From the NCBI RefSeq assembly GCF_000012905.2, contig NC_007493.2:1380001-1412000 (forward strand): 32,000 bases of DNA, read 5' to 3'. Shown here piece after piece: positions 18,855-26,550 of this stretch (position 1 is its first letter; each line of letters begins with the position of its first letter). Under the pieces are notes generated by a model, which was not told the DNA's origin, did no database searches, and worked only from the letters and a program-made list of their open reading frames with translations. Position numbers and translations under genes: made by a program. The stretch comes from Cereibacter sphaeroides 2.4.1. Its GTDB lineage: Bacteria; Pseudomonadota; Alphaproteobacteria; Rhodobacterales; Rhodobacteraceae.

Positions 18855-19182
18855 GGGGCGCTCCATCGGAGGGACAGGCTAAGGATGGGATTCGGTCGGG
18901 CTCAGAAGAGGCCGGATCGTCGGTATATGCGTCGGGCGGTGCCCGGCGGAAGGTCCGTCTTCGGCTGCGTCAGGATCCTCGTCCTGTCTCCCTGCGGACG
19001 GGGCGGCCCATGGAGCGCGGGCGCGGATGGTTGCCGAAGCACTCGCGGCCGCGGTCCGGAGATTGCAGGGGGTCCGGCGCCCACGTCATGCCGAACGCGC
19101 CGATGAAACAAACCCGGCCCCGGCCTCATTCGCCGAGGGCGGCAAGCACCTGTAGCAAAAAGGAATTTCGGGGGGTAGGAGA

Positions 19183-19198
19183 TGGAGCGGGTGAAGGG
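19183..19198 (-). other. tRNA 3'-end fragment (tRNA-Gly-like CCCTTCACCCGCTCCA), probable att core at the island edge
   Basis: The minus strand reads CCCTT-CACCCGC-T-CCA. That is half a T stem, the 3' acceptor strand complementary to GCGGGTG, discriminator U and CCA. This matches my memory of alphaproteobacterial tRNA-Gly. The rest of a cloverleaf is absent, because TTGGC cannot pair with AAGGG. It lies 210 nt from the integrase start. Confidence 0.35.
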
Positions 19199-19409
19199 CG
19201 CCAAATTGGCGTGGCCGTCCGTATCAACCCGTAACAGCCGGCCTTGTTTTACTGGCAATTCATCGTCCGCGCAGTCTCATTCTGTTGCAATCTGCAGCAT
19301 CCAGTCGCATTCCTTTTGGTAAGTAGGCTGGTAAGTCCGCGGCGACCCACGGGCAGCGGCCGGCCGCCGGGAACGGCTCGGCCGGCCTCGGGATTAGGGA
19401 GGAGGGCGG

Positions 19410-20729
19410 ATGCCGAAGAAGGCGAGGGAATGGGGCGCGCTCGACGTCAAGCGGGCGGCGCATCCGGGCGACGGTGCAAACGTCTGGCATGCGGTCGGCG
19501 GCGTCGCCGGTCTTCTCCTGCAGATCACCCCGACCGGGGCGAAGAGCTGGCTTCTCCGCACGACTGTGGCAGGGACGCGGCGGGCCATGGGTCTCGGCTC
19601 CTATCCCGAGGTTGGGCTCGCCGAGGCGCGGGAGCGCGCCCGGGAGGCGAAGCGAAAGATCGCGGCGGGGGTCGATCCGATCGAGGAACGCAAGGCAACG
19701 CGCGCCGCCCTGGCGGCGGCGCAGCGGCGCTCCCTGACCTTCGCCGATGCCGCGGACAAGTGGATCAAGGCGAAACTGTCAGACCGGCCGGAGAAGTCTC
19801 AGAAGGCGGTGCGGGCCACCTTGACAGCCTATTCTTTTCCCGAGATCGGGGCGCTGACCGTGCAGGAGTTGACCCCGCAGGACGTGGTGCGCGCCTTGAA
19901 CACGATCTGGACGGCGAAGCCGGACACCGCCACGAAGATGAGGGGATATCTCGAGGCGATCCTCTCGTGGGCCACGGTCTCGGGCTATCGGACGGGCGAC
20001 AATCCAGCCCGATGGGCGGGCAACCTGAAGGAGTTGCTGCCGGCTCCGTCTGTCGTCGCCAAGGGCCGGGCAGGCAACTTCCCGGCCGTGCCGGTCGCGC
20101 GGCTGGCGGACTGGTGGGAGGAGCTGGGGCAGCGCGAGGGCATGGGCGCCACGGCCCTGCGCTTCGCCGCCCTGACGGCCGCCCGCTCGGGCGAGGTGCG
20201 CGGGGCTCTCTGGTCCGAGGTGGATCTCGATGCCGCCCTGTGGGTCGTGCCGGGCGCGCGCATGAAGATGGGGCGCGAGCATCGCGTCCCGCTCTCGGGC
20301 CCGGCCGTGGCACTCCTCCGGGGCCTGCCCCGCCTTGCCGGGACCGGCGACCTGATCTTCCCCGGGCCCCGCGGCGGGATTCTGTCCGACATGAGCGTGA
20401 GCGCCGTCATGCGCCGGATGCAGGAGGACGCCGAGACCGAGGCCAAGATGGCCGGTCGGCCGGTCAGCGCCGCGGGTTGGCGGGACACGCGGACCGGCCG
20501 CCCAGCCGTGCCCCATGGCCTGCGCAGTTCATTCCGCGATTGGGCTGCCGAGGTCGGCTATGACCGGGACATGGCAGAGATAGCCCTCGCGCACCTGGTC
20601 GGGTCCGAGGTCGAGCGTGCCTATCGGCGCTCCGACATGCTCGAGCGCCGGCGGGCCATGATGGAGCGGTGGGCCGACGTCCTCGCAGGCCGGTCTGGCG
20701 CGTCCGTGGTGGAGTTCCGGCGGGCTTGA
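19410..20729 (+). CDS. int: tyrosine-type site-specific integrase, P4/DUF4102-type
   Basis: 439 aa. GGGAGGAGGG upstream. The N-terminal arm-binding domain pattern (GLLLQITPTGAKSWLLRTTVAGTRRAMGLGSYPEVGLAEARERA) is present. Catalytic region has R (LTAARSGEV), HGLRSSFRDW and LAHLVGSEVERAYRRSD. Confidence 0.9.
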   Translation: MPKKAREWGALDVKRAAHPGDGANVWHAVGGVAGLLLQITPTGAKSWLLRTTVAGTRRAMGLGSYPEVGLAEARERAREAKRKIAAGVDPIEERKATRAALAAAQRRSLTFADAADKWIKAKLSDRPEKSQKAVRATLTAYSFPEIGALTVQELTPQDVVRALNTIWTAKPDTATKMRGYLEAILSWATVSGYRTGDNPARWAGNLKELLPAPSVVAKGRAGNFPAVPVARLADWWEELGQREGMGATALRFAALTAARSGEVRGALWSEVDLDAALWVVPGARMKMGREHRVPLSGPAVALLRGLPRLAGTGDLIFPGPRGGILSDMSVSAVMRRMQEDAETEAKMAGRPVSAAGWRDTRTGRPAVPHGLRSSFRDWAAEVGYDRDMAEIALAHLVGSEVERAYRRSDMLERRRAMMERWADVLAGRSGASVVEFRRA

Positions 20730-20930
20730 TCGACGCACCTGAGGGGCCGCGCCCATAGGCGTGCCCCCGGCCCTCGGTGGAACAGGAGGGCGCCGGTCCG
20801 CATGGCACGATAGGGGCGCGGCATACGAGAGGCCGCGGTGAACCGGTGGGCGGCTTATTGCGGGGGAGGCGTCACAGGGCGACGATTGTAGCAACGCGTA
20901 TCAATTAGTTGCGCGCGTGTTTCGCGGCTG

Positions 20931-20966
20931 GTTTCTGCTTGTTTAAGCAGAAACGCTCCCTACAAA
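20931..20966 (+). promoter_or_regulatory. 24-bp palindrome overlapping a candidate promoter for the island operon
   Basis: GTTTCTGCTT-gttt-AAGCAGAAAC (20931-20954) has perfect 10-bp arms. TTGTTT (20939-20944), 16-nt spacer, TACAAA (20961-20966). This is the locally AT-richest stretch of the island. A second small inverted repeat, CTCCCT-N9-AGGGAG (20956-20976), follows. Confidence 0.4.
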
Positions 20967-20995
20967 ATGCAGGGAGTTGCATGAAAGGACACGGC

Positions 20996-21454
20996 ATGTC
21001 TCTCGCGAAAGCAATTCCCGGCGTGCTGGCGGGCGCAACCGGGAAAAACAGCGGCTCGGAAAAACCACAAGTTCAGAATGCCACCGCTGGAGAAAATCCG
21101 CAACCCATTTCCTTCCCCGATGGGGACCGTTTCCGGTGGATCCTTAGCGTTCGCGATGCGCTCTGCGCGATGCCGGACGGGACGGCCTCCGATCTGACGA
21201 TCGCGGTGAAGATGGCGGAGTGGGCGGATGGTGACGGAATTCTCGTCGTGAAGCTGGACGATTTGGGCGCCGCGGTGGGGATGCGATCCGATTACTCGAG
21301 ACACGGGGTGTGGCGTATCGGCCGCGCCGGCTTTGTCCGGTCGTGGGCCCGGGGACAAGGGCGCGCGGCGGGGCGGATCCTCACCTTCCCGAACGATCCG
21401 CGCGACGTTGAGAAGTTGATTGCTCGGCACCAGATCGGCGGGGGTGCGGCATGA
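20996..21454 (+). CDS. hypothetical winged-HTH-like protein (first gene of the island operon)
   Basis: 152 aa from the ATG at 20996; an alternative ATG lies at 20981. The track start at 20909 is a TTG inside the regulatory region. The segment TASDLTIAVKMAEW...VKLDDLGAAVGMRSDYSRHGVWRIGRAGFV is laid out like the N-terminal domain of the next gene. Confidence 0.5.
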   Translation: MSLAKAIPGVLAGATGKNSGSEKPQVQNATAGENPQPISFPDGDRFRWILSVRDALCAMPDGTASDLTIAVKMAEWADGDGILVVKLDDLGAAVGMRSDYSRHGVWRIGRAGFVRSWARGQGRAAGRILTFPNDPRDVEKLIARHQIGGGAA

Positions 21455-22626
21455 GTGTCGATCGCAAGCCGGAGCGTTCCCCGTTCGACAAAGAGCGCGA
21501 CGCCTTCCTTCTGGAAGTTTCAGCGAACCGGAAGCTCAGCGCTGCCGCCAAGTCGATCGCCATCCAGATCGCGGTCAAACACGCAAACCGGATGCAGTTC
21601 AACAATGGCGCGTGGGACCTCGCTTGGCCGTCGTTCGAGACGCTGGCCGAGGCGACAGGATACCAGCGAAACGCCGTGATCGTGGGCGTCAACCAGTTGG
21701 CGACTGAAGGACACCTCGATGTGCGGCGACAAAAGGGCGGGTCTGGCAGGTCGAACCGCTATCGGTGGATCATCAAGGGGACCGTCACCATCGACGCGCA
21801 GGACGCAGTTGATGACGGGGAAAACAGTATCGTGGACGATACCGTTTCTGACGAAAACAGTATCGTGGAGGATACTCGAACAGTATCGTCCACGATACCA
21901 GAACCGCTAGAGGAACCGCTGGGCGGCGCGGGCGCTCACGCGCCTGCGCCTGAACCGCCGAAGACGGCACCTAGCCCGGATACCGTAGAGTCCTTGAATA
22001 ATGTTCAAGACGCGAGCGCGGGCGCGCGTGACCGCGCCCGCTCGGACGACGTTCAAGGTCGAGATCATCCCGCGTCGGATCCAGATATGGATGGACGCGT
22101 GTTCGACCTCGTGCCTGAGTACGCGCCGGCCGACGGCATCGCGCAGCTGCCAGTCCTTCGGCGGGGACAGCACATCTCGCTCGCCGAACGCGACGCGCTG
22201 TCGGCGGGATGGCACGGCCTCGGTCCCTCGGTCTCTCCGCCGGATGCGGTCGAAGAGGACGGGCCCCTCCCTACGGCGGTAGCCGCGGCAGCGTTCGCCC
22301 GTTTGCACCGGGACCTTGGCGACGCAGAAGCATTCGCGGCCGACGTCCTGGACGGCTTTGCGGGAGGCGATGGCGACGCCGCAGCCCGTGCCGCCCGCAT
22401 CGCCGCGAAGGTCCTCCGTCAAGCCGTGTCTCAAGGCACTGGGCCGGAGGTGCTCGAGGCGCACCTTGAAATTGCCCAAGCCCTCCTGCGCGACGGCAGC
22501 GGCAGCGACCGCCTAGCACGGTCGGCCGTCCGGGCATTCGATCGAGCCGCGCGGGCAGCCTCGGCGGCCATCCGGGCAGCACATAAGCTGAGACCGCAGC
22601 CCGATGAGGAGGAAGTAACATGCTGA
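21451..22626 (+). CDS. replication-initiator-like protein (N-terminal wHTH, Ala/Asp-rich C-terminal half)
   Basis: 391 aa. ATGA overlap with the upstream gene. N-terminal LSAAAKSIAIQIAVKHAN...WPSFETLAEATGYQRNAVIVGVNQLATEGHLDVRRQKGGSGRSNRYRW is typical of phage/plasmid wHTH initiator domains. An iteron cluster is embedded in the linker. Confidence 0.5.
   Translation: MSVDRKPERSPFDKERDAFLLEVSANRKLSAAAKSIAIQIAVKHANRMQFNNGAWDLAWPSFETLAEATGYQRNAVIVGVNQLATEGHLDVRRQKGGSGRSNRYRWIIKGTVTIDAQDAVDDGENSIVDDTVSDENSIVEDTRTVSSTIPEPLEEPLGGAGAHAPAPEPPKTAPSPDTVESLNNVQDASAGARDRARSDDVQGRDHPASDPDMDGRVFDLVPEYAPADGIAQLPVLRRGQHISLAERDALSAGWHGLGPSVSPPDAVEEDGPLPTAVAAAAFARLHRDLGDAEAFAADVLDGFAGGDGDAAARAARIAAKVLRQAVSQGTGPEVLEAHLEIAQALLRDGSGSDRLARSAVRAFDRAARAASAAIRAAHKLRPQPDEEEVTC
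21821..21898. repeat. iteron-like repeat cluster (3 copies of ~21 nt) inside the Rep-like gene, candidate origin
   Basis: AAAACAGTATCGTGGACGATAC (21821-21842), AAAACAGTATCGTGGAGGATAC (21854-21875), GAACAGTATCGTCCACGATAC (21878-21898). The 16-nt core of copy 3 is the exact reverse complement of the core of copy 1. Confidence 0.6.
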
Positions 22627-23117
22627 TCGATCTCGAGGCGGCGCGGGCCGCGCGTGCAGCAGACCACAAGCCTGTCGAGCCGCGCCAACCGGAGGAACCT
22701 CGCGGCCCGTCCAAGCGAGGGACGGTTACACCGCAACTGGCTACCTCTTTCGACGCCTTCATTCGTTGGCATCCGCATCTCGATCCGCGCCTCATCGCGG
22801 CCGAGCTCCGGGCGGCCATGAAGGTTGACGCAACCACAGCAGGGGCTATGGCCCGGGATCGGCGGGCAGCGGTGCGAGCGGCCCTAGCCGCCCTCGGCCT
22901 TGCTGAGCGGCGCGTCGAAGCTCTGAGCTCTGAGCACTGGCTCTGCACGCGGCTCCATGCTCGGGCCATGCGCGAGCTTGAGCGCCAGGAGGCGGAGGTG
23001 CGCGAGACCGCCTATCGCCGCGCCCTTCAGCAAGCACGGTATCAGTTTGAGCGGGAGCTGGATGCACGGCTCGCCGCGATCTTCGCGGCAACTGAGATCG
23101 GCGGGGGTGAGCGATGA
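22620..23117 (+). CDS. hypothetical protein
   Basis: 165 aa. The ATG overlaps the upstream stop (ATGCTGA). Helical, Arg/Glu/Ala-rich C-terminus. No family recognised. Confidence 0.5.
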   Translation: MLIDLEAARAARAADHKPVEPRQPEEPRGPSKRGTVTPQLATSFDAFIRWHPHLDPRLIAAELRAAMKVDATTAGAMARDRRAAVRAALAALGLAERRVEALSSEHWLCTRLHARAMRELERQEAEVRETAYRRALQQARYQFERELDARLAAIFAATEIGGGER

Positions 23118-23467
23118 ACGCGGAAGTCGAGCTCATGTGGGGGGTGGCAGAACGGCTTCTCCCCGCGTTCGATCCCGAGGCGTTCGCAGAGATGTTGACC
23201 CCGATCCTTGATCGCAGCGATTTCGATACGGGGGTGGCTGTCTGGCGCGCTTGGCGGGCGCGGGCGGACCGGCAACTCATCCGGCAGAACGTGCCGGAGG
23301 CAACCCGGCGCATGATCCTGGGCTATCTCCGTGCGGGTGTGCATCTCCACCTCTACGCGATCCGCGGGAGCGTAACGTGCGGACCTCGTCCGGAGCAGGT
23401 CGCCACATCGGCCGAGGTGCTTTCCTTCCGCCCGCGTGCGGCCGTGGCAGGGGATGACCGTGGCTGA
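23114..23467 (+). CDS. hypothetical protein
   Basis: 117 aa. ATGA overlap with the upstream gene. Balanced composition including W/F/Y. No family recognised. Confidence 0.5.
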   Translation: MNAEVELMWGVAERLLPAFDPEAFAEMLTPILDRSDFDTGVAVWRAWRARADRQLIRQNVPEATRRMILGYLRAGVHLHLYAIRGSVTCGPRPEQVATSAEVLSFRPRAAVAGDDRG

Positions 23468-24047
23468 CCTCCCCGCCCCCGCCCTCGACCCCGAAGGCCT
23501 CTGGCGCGGGCCGTGGCCGGATGCCAGCGACCCGGCGCCCGACCTGCGCCGCTTGGGCGCCCGCGAACGGGCGCACCTGCTCGCCTGCGTCGCGGAGTGG
23601 ACCGGCGCCTGCCCGGTGCCTGCGATCCAGATGGGCGGAGAGCTCCTGCTTCGGGCGCTGGCCGAGGCCCTCGCGGGCGAGCCGATCGGGCGCGCCCTCG
23701 GGATCGAGCCACCGGCCGGTTTGACCCTTCGCCGAGCGGCGCTTCTGCGCGAGCGGGACGAGCTGCTCCATCGCGCCCGCGCCGCCCGGCCGGAGTGGCG
23801 CACCGCCTCGGCGCGGCGGGCGGCAACGCTGATCCATGCGGCCCTCGATCGCTACCGCGCGAACGTCTGGCCGCGCGAGCGGGGCCGGGAGGCAGCGCCG
23901 GCCGCAGAACCGGCCGCGAGTTTCTGGCGGATCTGTCGTCTCGAGGCCGGGGGCGGGCCCAAGGCGGTGGGCAGCGAGCGGATCGCGCAGATCTTCGAGC
24001 TGGCGGACGGTCCAGCGGAGCGACCGGAACAGCTCGATCTCCTCTGA
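23454..24047 (+). CDS. hypothetical protein
   Basis: 197 aa from the ATG at 23454, which overlaps the upstream gene end. An alternative GTG lies at 23436. No family recognised. Confidence 0.45.
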   Translation: MTVADLPAPALDPEGLWRGPWPDASDPAPDLRRLGARERAHLLACVAEWTGACPVPAIQMGGELLLRALAEALAGEPIGRALGIEPPAGLTLRRAALLRERDELLHRARAARPEWRTASARRAATLIHAALDRYRANVWPRERGREAAPAAEPAASFWRICRLEAGGGPKAVGSERIAQIFELADGPAERPEQLDLL

Positions 24048-24159
24048 CGAGGCACCGGGGCGGCCACCCGCCCAGGTGCCGTTCCGGCAAATCTGCCGCC
24101 GCTTCGGAGTTGGGATCACCCGCGCGAAATATGGCTCAGGAACAGAACCCGGAGCCGTC

Positions 24160-24627
24160 ATGCCCCCGAAGTCCCCGCCCCTGATCTTCGACCCCGCGCG
24201 CTTGGACGCGCTGGCGCGGATCGCCGATCAGAAGACCGCCGCCGTCCGTTCGCAGACCGACCGCCGGCACGATCTGCGCGAGAAGCTCAGCGACGTCGAT
24301 CTGCGCCGCCGCCTCCATGCCGACAAGATGACCGAGGCCCAACCTGCGCGCGACGCCCGCGCCTCCTATGCCGGCTTCGACGGCGAGGGCGCACGGCTCG
24401 ACCGCGAGGCCGCCGACCTTCGCCGGCAGATGGACGATCTCGACGCCGAGATCAGCGCCACCAGCCGCGAGGCTGGCGACGCGCGCGCCACCTACCGGCG
24501 TGCCCTCGAACTCGCCTGCGCCGAGGGCTTGCCGCTCTCACTCGCGCACATCGAGGCGGCGCGGGTCGCGAAATTCGATACCATGGCGAGCGAGCTCGCC
24601 GCCTTCTCGGCGGAGGTGGGCCAATGA
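24160..24627 (+). CDS. hypothetical coiled-coil protein
   Basis: 155 aa from the only ATG in the frame, with GGAG 5 nt upstream. Heptad-like charged helices (DLRRQMDDLDAEISATSREAGDARATYRRALE). Confidence 0.45.
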   Translation: MPPKSPPLIFDPARLDALARIADQKTAAVRSQTDRRHDLREKLSDVDLRRRLHADKMTEAQPARDARASYAGFDGEGARLDREAADLRRQMDDLDAEISATSREAGDARATYRRALELACAEGLPLSLAHIEAARVAKFDTMASELAAFSAEVGQ

Positions 24628-25208
24628 TCGGGAACCTCCTCAGCGCCCTGCGCGGGCAGCGTGAGGCCGCCGTGGGCGCCCTCGATGCCCTGGAAAGCGT
24701 GCGTGCCCAGATCGATGATGCGAGGACCGAGATCCGGCGCATCGCGTCCGCCCCGCAACCGCTCGAAGACGCGATGGCCGCGTTCGACCGGTGGGCGGAT
24801 CAGCAGGTCGTGGATGCCATCGACGGGCTGCCGACCGGCCGGCTCCTCGATCCGATCGAAGCCCGCCGTGGGCTCACGCGTGAGGCCGTGCGGGTGGATG
24901 GGATGACCCTCCTCGCGCCCGAGATCGACGCCGTGCGCGGCGTATTGCTCGCTTCCCCGACCGTCCGCGCGGAGATCCGCGCCGTGGTCGAAGGCCAACT
25001 TCGCGACCGCCTACAGGGCAAGGAAGCGATGAACCCGGACACCCGTGCGAAGAAGCTGACCCGCGCCCAAGCCGATCTGCTCGCGCTCGAGCTGGCCGAG
25101 GAAGCCGCCATTCGCGCGCTGGAAGCCGCCGGGCTGCCCGTGATGCGTCGGCCCGATGCTGACCCGCGGGTGCTGCTCGCGAGCGACACCAGCCTGCCCG
25201 AGGCCTGA
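24624..25208 (+). CDS. hypothetical protein
   Basis: 194 aa. ATGA overlap with the upstream gene. Helical N-terminus. No family recognised. Confidence 0.5.
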   Translation: MIGNLLSALRGQREAAVGALDALESVRAQIDDARTEIRRIASAPQPLEDAMAAFDRWADQQVVDAIDGLPTGRLLDPIEARRGLTREAVRVDGMTLLAPEIDAVRGVLLASPTVRAEIRAVVEGQLRDRLQGKEAMNPDTRAKKLTRAQADLLALELAEEAAIRALEAAGLPVMRRPDADPRVLLASDTSLPEA

Positions 25209-25559
25209 CGATGAACACCTGCTCGGTCCTCCTTGGTGTTCTCGGGCCGGGCATGGGCGACGGGGCAGGGCTCCCTCCTTCGTCCGCAATCCGGCGCGTT
25301 CGCCGCGATGCCCCGTCGTCCCGTCGCCCGTCCCCGGGTGCCCCTGCACGCGGGGCGGGCGGCAAACCTTCCCACGCCGGCCCGCCAGCAATCCCGCAGA
25401 CCAGCGGCCTGCCGGGAGCGCTCAGGACAGCCGCCCCCACCCCCCCGGATAGGGACCGTGTTTTTGCCCGCCGGGAGCGGCGGTTCGACGGCCCGGCTTC
25501 CGCCCGATTTTCGGAAGCGCAAATCGCAATTTTTCTTTGAAAGGTGGAACGTGGTTCCG

Positions 25560-25751
25560 ATGAATGACCGCATGGAAGAACAAGATCGCGGCCCGAGGTC
25601 GATCCGCGCTGCGCTACAGGATCGCCAAGCGGCGGCCCAGCCGGATCTTGCCGCAGTTTTTGCCGCGCGACCGGCCGTTGCCGCGCTCTGCGCCCGCGCT
25701 GCCGCGGGGCTGATGGCTGGCACCCGCACTCCCAGCCCGAACGAGGAATGA
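25560..25751 (+). CDS. small hypothetical protein preceding the scaffold-like gene
   Basis: 63 aa (MNDRMEEQDRGPRSIRAALQDRQ...). AAAGGTGG upstream. Its stop overlaps the next ATG (ATGA at 25748-25751). Only the 3' part of the 25233..25751 track ORF looks coding. Confidence 0.35.
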   Translation: MNDRMEEQDRGPRSIRAALQDRQAAAQPDLAAVFAARPAVAALCARAAAGLMAGTRTPSPNEE

Positions 25752-26536
25752 CCATGACCAACAACGCCACCCACGAGCGCCGCCGTCTCGCCGCCATCAC
25801 GCGTGTTGACGCGAAAGGCATCACTGGACAGGCGCGGTATGCGGCCATCCGGCAGGCCGAGGAGGAGATCGAGCGCGAGGAGCTGACTGCAGCCGCGGCC
25901 CGCCAGAAAGAACAGTCGGCCGCAGAACAGGCCAAGGCTGAGCGCCAGCGCGTCGCATCGTGCATTGAGGCGGGCCGGGCTACCGGCCGCGCCCGCCAGC
26001 TCGCCCGCATCGCCCTCAGCAGCCCTCTTGACGCCGCAGGAGCCAAGGCCTTGGTGGCGTCCCTCCCACCGGACGCCGCGGCTCAGGCAGAGGCGCTGCG
26101 GATCCCGACCGCCGCCGCCACCTTCGGCACTGCGGAGGCTCAGGCCGAGCGCACGCGCATGGCTCAGATCCTCGGGGCCGAGGTGGCGGCGGATCGTTTC
26201 GCCGCCGCAGCGGCCTTCGCTCTCGAGACGCCTCTTGGGGTGGCGGATGCGCTGGCGGCGCTTGCGCTGGTTCCTGCCGCCGCAGCCGCGTCGCGCATCC
26301 CGACCATCGCCGAGCGTGCCGCCGAAATGGCCGAGTTTGGCGGGTCGGATGCGGCGTTCACGAGCCGGATCGACGGCAAGCCGGACGTCGATGCCATGTG
26401 GAAGAAAGCCGTCCACGAGGCAAACATTTCCATCGGCGCGGTCGACCCGACGCCGAGGCCCGCGGCCGGGCCGGGCGCACCGTCGCCGACGGGTGCCGAG
26501 CATCTGGCGCGGCAGCACTCGCGCCACAACTTCTGA
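25748..26536 (+). CDS. scaffolding-like protein (Nu3 / protease C-terminal-repeat type) without a protease domain
   Basis: 262 aa. Two ~44-aa internal repeats: AERQRVASCIEAGRATGRARQLARIALSSPLDAAGAKALVASLP (res 64-107) and AERTRMAQILGAEVAADRFAAAAAFALETPLGVADALAALALVP (res 133-176). This is the ER.RI..IL...EA.GRE.LA..LA pattern I recall from the C-terminal scaffold regions of lambda-like head proteases. It lies directly upstream of a decoration-protein gene. Confidence 0.45.
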   Translation: MTMTNNATHERRRLAAITRVDAKGITGQARYAAIRQAEEEIEREELTAAAARQKEQSAAEQAKAERQRVASCIEAGRATGRARQLARIALSSPLDAAGAKALVASLPPDAAAQAEALRIPTAAATFGTAEAQAERTRMAQILGAEVAADRFAAAAAFALETPLGVADALAALALVPAAAAASRIPTIAERAAEMAEFGGSDAAFTSRIDGKPDVDAMWKKAVHEANISIGAVDPTPRPAAGPGAPSPTGAEHLARQHSRHNF

Positions 26537-26550
26537 AGGAGAAGGGACAC

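Noticed and set aside
14829-19106. 1425-aa plus-strand ORF, the longest in the track
   Set aside because: It runs antisense to three minus-strand genes that carry clear family motifs (pyruvyl-transferase-like, GT4, HicB). Its product is R/P/G/A-rich low complexity throughout. This is a typical high-GC shadow ORF.
18902-19258. 118-aa minus-strand ORF as a possible HicA partner of HicB
   Set aside because: It has no HicA features (no dsRBD-like ~60-aa basic protein, no GSH motif). It is P/R/G-rich, lacks an RBS and spans the predicted att fragment.
19183-19270. Complete tRNA gene on the minus strand next to the integrase
   Set aside because: Only the last 16 nt fit a tRNA. The sequence following AAGGG (CGCCAAATTGGC) cannot form a T arm, and no D or anticodon arm can be drawn. 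It was kept only as a 3'-end fragment.
19244-20563. 439-aa plus-strand ORF overlapping the integrase in another frame
   Set aside because: Its product is R/G/A-rich nonsense. The 19410..20729 frame carries the integrase catalytic motifs and a strong RBS.
21821-21898. CRISPR array
   Set aside because: There are only three short repeats with 2-11 nt between them. One is inverted, they lie inside an ORF, and there are no spacers of CRISPR length. They were interpreted as iterons. No CRISPR-like array was seen anywhere in the window.
23836-24159. Upstream extension of the 24160..24627 gene (track ORF starts at 23836)
   Set aside because: The extension overlaps the preceding gene for >200 nt, is R/S/G/P-rich and starts at a non-ATG codon. 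The ATG at 24160 has a GGAG RBS.
25211-25540. ORFs 25211..25540 and the 5' two-thirds of 25233..25751 filling the island gap
   Set aside because: Their products are P/R/A/G-rich, with no RBS and no coupling to the upstream gene. Only the last 63 codons, which have an RBS and an ATGA overlap with the next gene, were retained, at low confidence.
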